DNA of 62,904 bases, counting the filler, from Choristocarpus tenellus KU-1152 (lineage: Eukaryota > Protista > Phaeophyceae), in assembly GCA_964200185.2 (NCBI GenBank). It is 11 parts of 11 records of this genome, joined end to end, with 100 filler letters (N's around TTAATTAATTAA, not from the genome) between each part and the next. Parts side by side here need not be neighbours in the genome. Positions count along the whole stretch, not along the records: positions 60,209 to 62,904 come from CAXNAD020025571.1; 10 more parts are not named here. The stretch is one strand, 5' to 3'. The notes under the pieces were generated by a model. It was given only the letters and a program-made list of their open reading frames with translations. It was not told the DNA's origin and did no database searches. Shown here in pieces: positions 61,938 through 62,904 of the stretch; within the stretch, counting starts at the first letter, position 1, and every line of letters begins with the position of its first letter. A program made the translations under genes and the position numbers.

Positions 61938-62230
61938 ATAGCAAAGGACGACAGTAGTACAATGTTTTATATTTTTTATTATCATGCCCTCTGACATTTT
62001 GCGGATGTGTCAGGGGGGAAACCAATGAAAACTATATATATGTCGTTGTTAGACCATTTATATTGGTGAAGTAACTGATAGAATAGTGTTTTCCACACTT
62101 AGAGTGTTTTATAGTGATCTTACGTTTAGGATATTTTATTTCTTTAGGGATAATAAAGAAATATGTATAGTTTTCATTGGTTTACCCCTAACACATCTGC
62201 AAAATGTCAGAGGGCATAATAATAAAATAT
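61938..62230 (+). mobile_element. 5'-truncated non-LTR retroposon with an inverted copy nested at about 61965-62055
   Basis: 10-bp TSD ATAGACTATA (61928-61937 / 62231-62240); empty paralogous site near 23389. Confidence 0.85.
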
Positions 62231-62486
62231 ATAGACTATACCCATCTATGACAAAATTACACACACACGATTTGTCTAAACAGACAACTTATGTGAAGGA
62301 TTATAGTATGTGGGTACCACGAGATCTGGCCAAAAGGCACTAGTCTAAAAAGTATGTATACAAACACACCATTAAACAAACAAAATAAAAATATAATTTG
62401 GCCATGATCTGTACCACACATACACATTATAATCTCTTTACTGAACGATAGGTTACGACGCGATGGCAATGCATGATATACAGACT

Positions 62487-62688
62487 TGGGATGCTTCCTT
62501 AGCTCCCCCCCCAGGGGAAGATAAGGACAACAGTAGTACAATATTTGATGGTGGTGAAGTAACTGATTAGTGGTTTCCACGCAATGTCTTATAGTATTCT
62601 TATGTTTAGGACTTTTTATATACATATAATTTTCATTGGTTTCCCCCTGACACATCTGCAAAATGTCAGAGGGCATAATAATAAAATA
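62487..62688 (+). mobile_element. 5'-truncated non-LTR retroposon
   Basis: 11-bp TSD ATATACAGACT (62476-62486 / 62689-62699); 5' part matches 18128-18147. Confidence 0.85.
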
Positions 62689-62727
62689 ATATACAGACTA
62701 TGCAAAGAAGGGGTATGATAACAGTAA

Positions 62728-62860
62728 ATTTTATTATTATGCCCTCTGACATTTTGCAGATAGATGTGTCAGGGGGAAACCAATGAAAACTATACACATG
62801 TCATTATTAGCCCTAAAGAAATAAAATATCCTAAACGTAAGAACACTATAAAACACTGTA
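62728..62860 (-). mobile_element. 5'-truncated non-LTR retroposon, inverted
   Basis: Reverse complement of 62100-62230. Confidence 0.8.
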
Positions 62861-62904
62861 CAGTACCTACCCCGATTTTGTTCACCCATGAGCATGCACG
62901 AAAA

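Noticed and set aside
60209-62055. Inverted pair at 60209-60290 and 61965-62055 as TIRs of one DNA transposon
   Set aside because: The same motif occurs singly, in tandem and nested, with its own TSDs and tail; independent retroposon insertions explain it better

Overview
This is not one locus. It is 11 eukaryotic contigs joined by an artificial N44-TTAATTAATTAA-N44 linker, so adjacency across linkers means nothing. GT-AG introns, TTAGGG repeats and the style of the TE proteins suggest a stramenopile, probably a brown alga (inference). The window is dominated by transposable elements: three MITE families, Gypsy and Copia relics with LTRs, a mariner relic, and 5'-truncated non-LTR retroposon 3' ends. 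It also holds one tRNA-Lys(TTT), several minisatellites and pieces of about five intron-containing host genes (EF-hand protein, C2-like/disordered protein, possible Tic110-like, two unknowns). The best hidden signal is an 8-exon, minus-strand Sola2-like DDD transposase gene at about 49.7-53.95 kb. It is scattered over unrelated-looking ORF fragments, can be rebuilt in phase from its splice sites, and carries two insertions of the GAG...CTC MITE that is abundant across the window. Second is a Gypsy integrase ending in a chromo-like plus a Tudor-like domain. All family assignments come from motif recognition by eye, not database searches.
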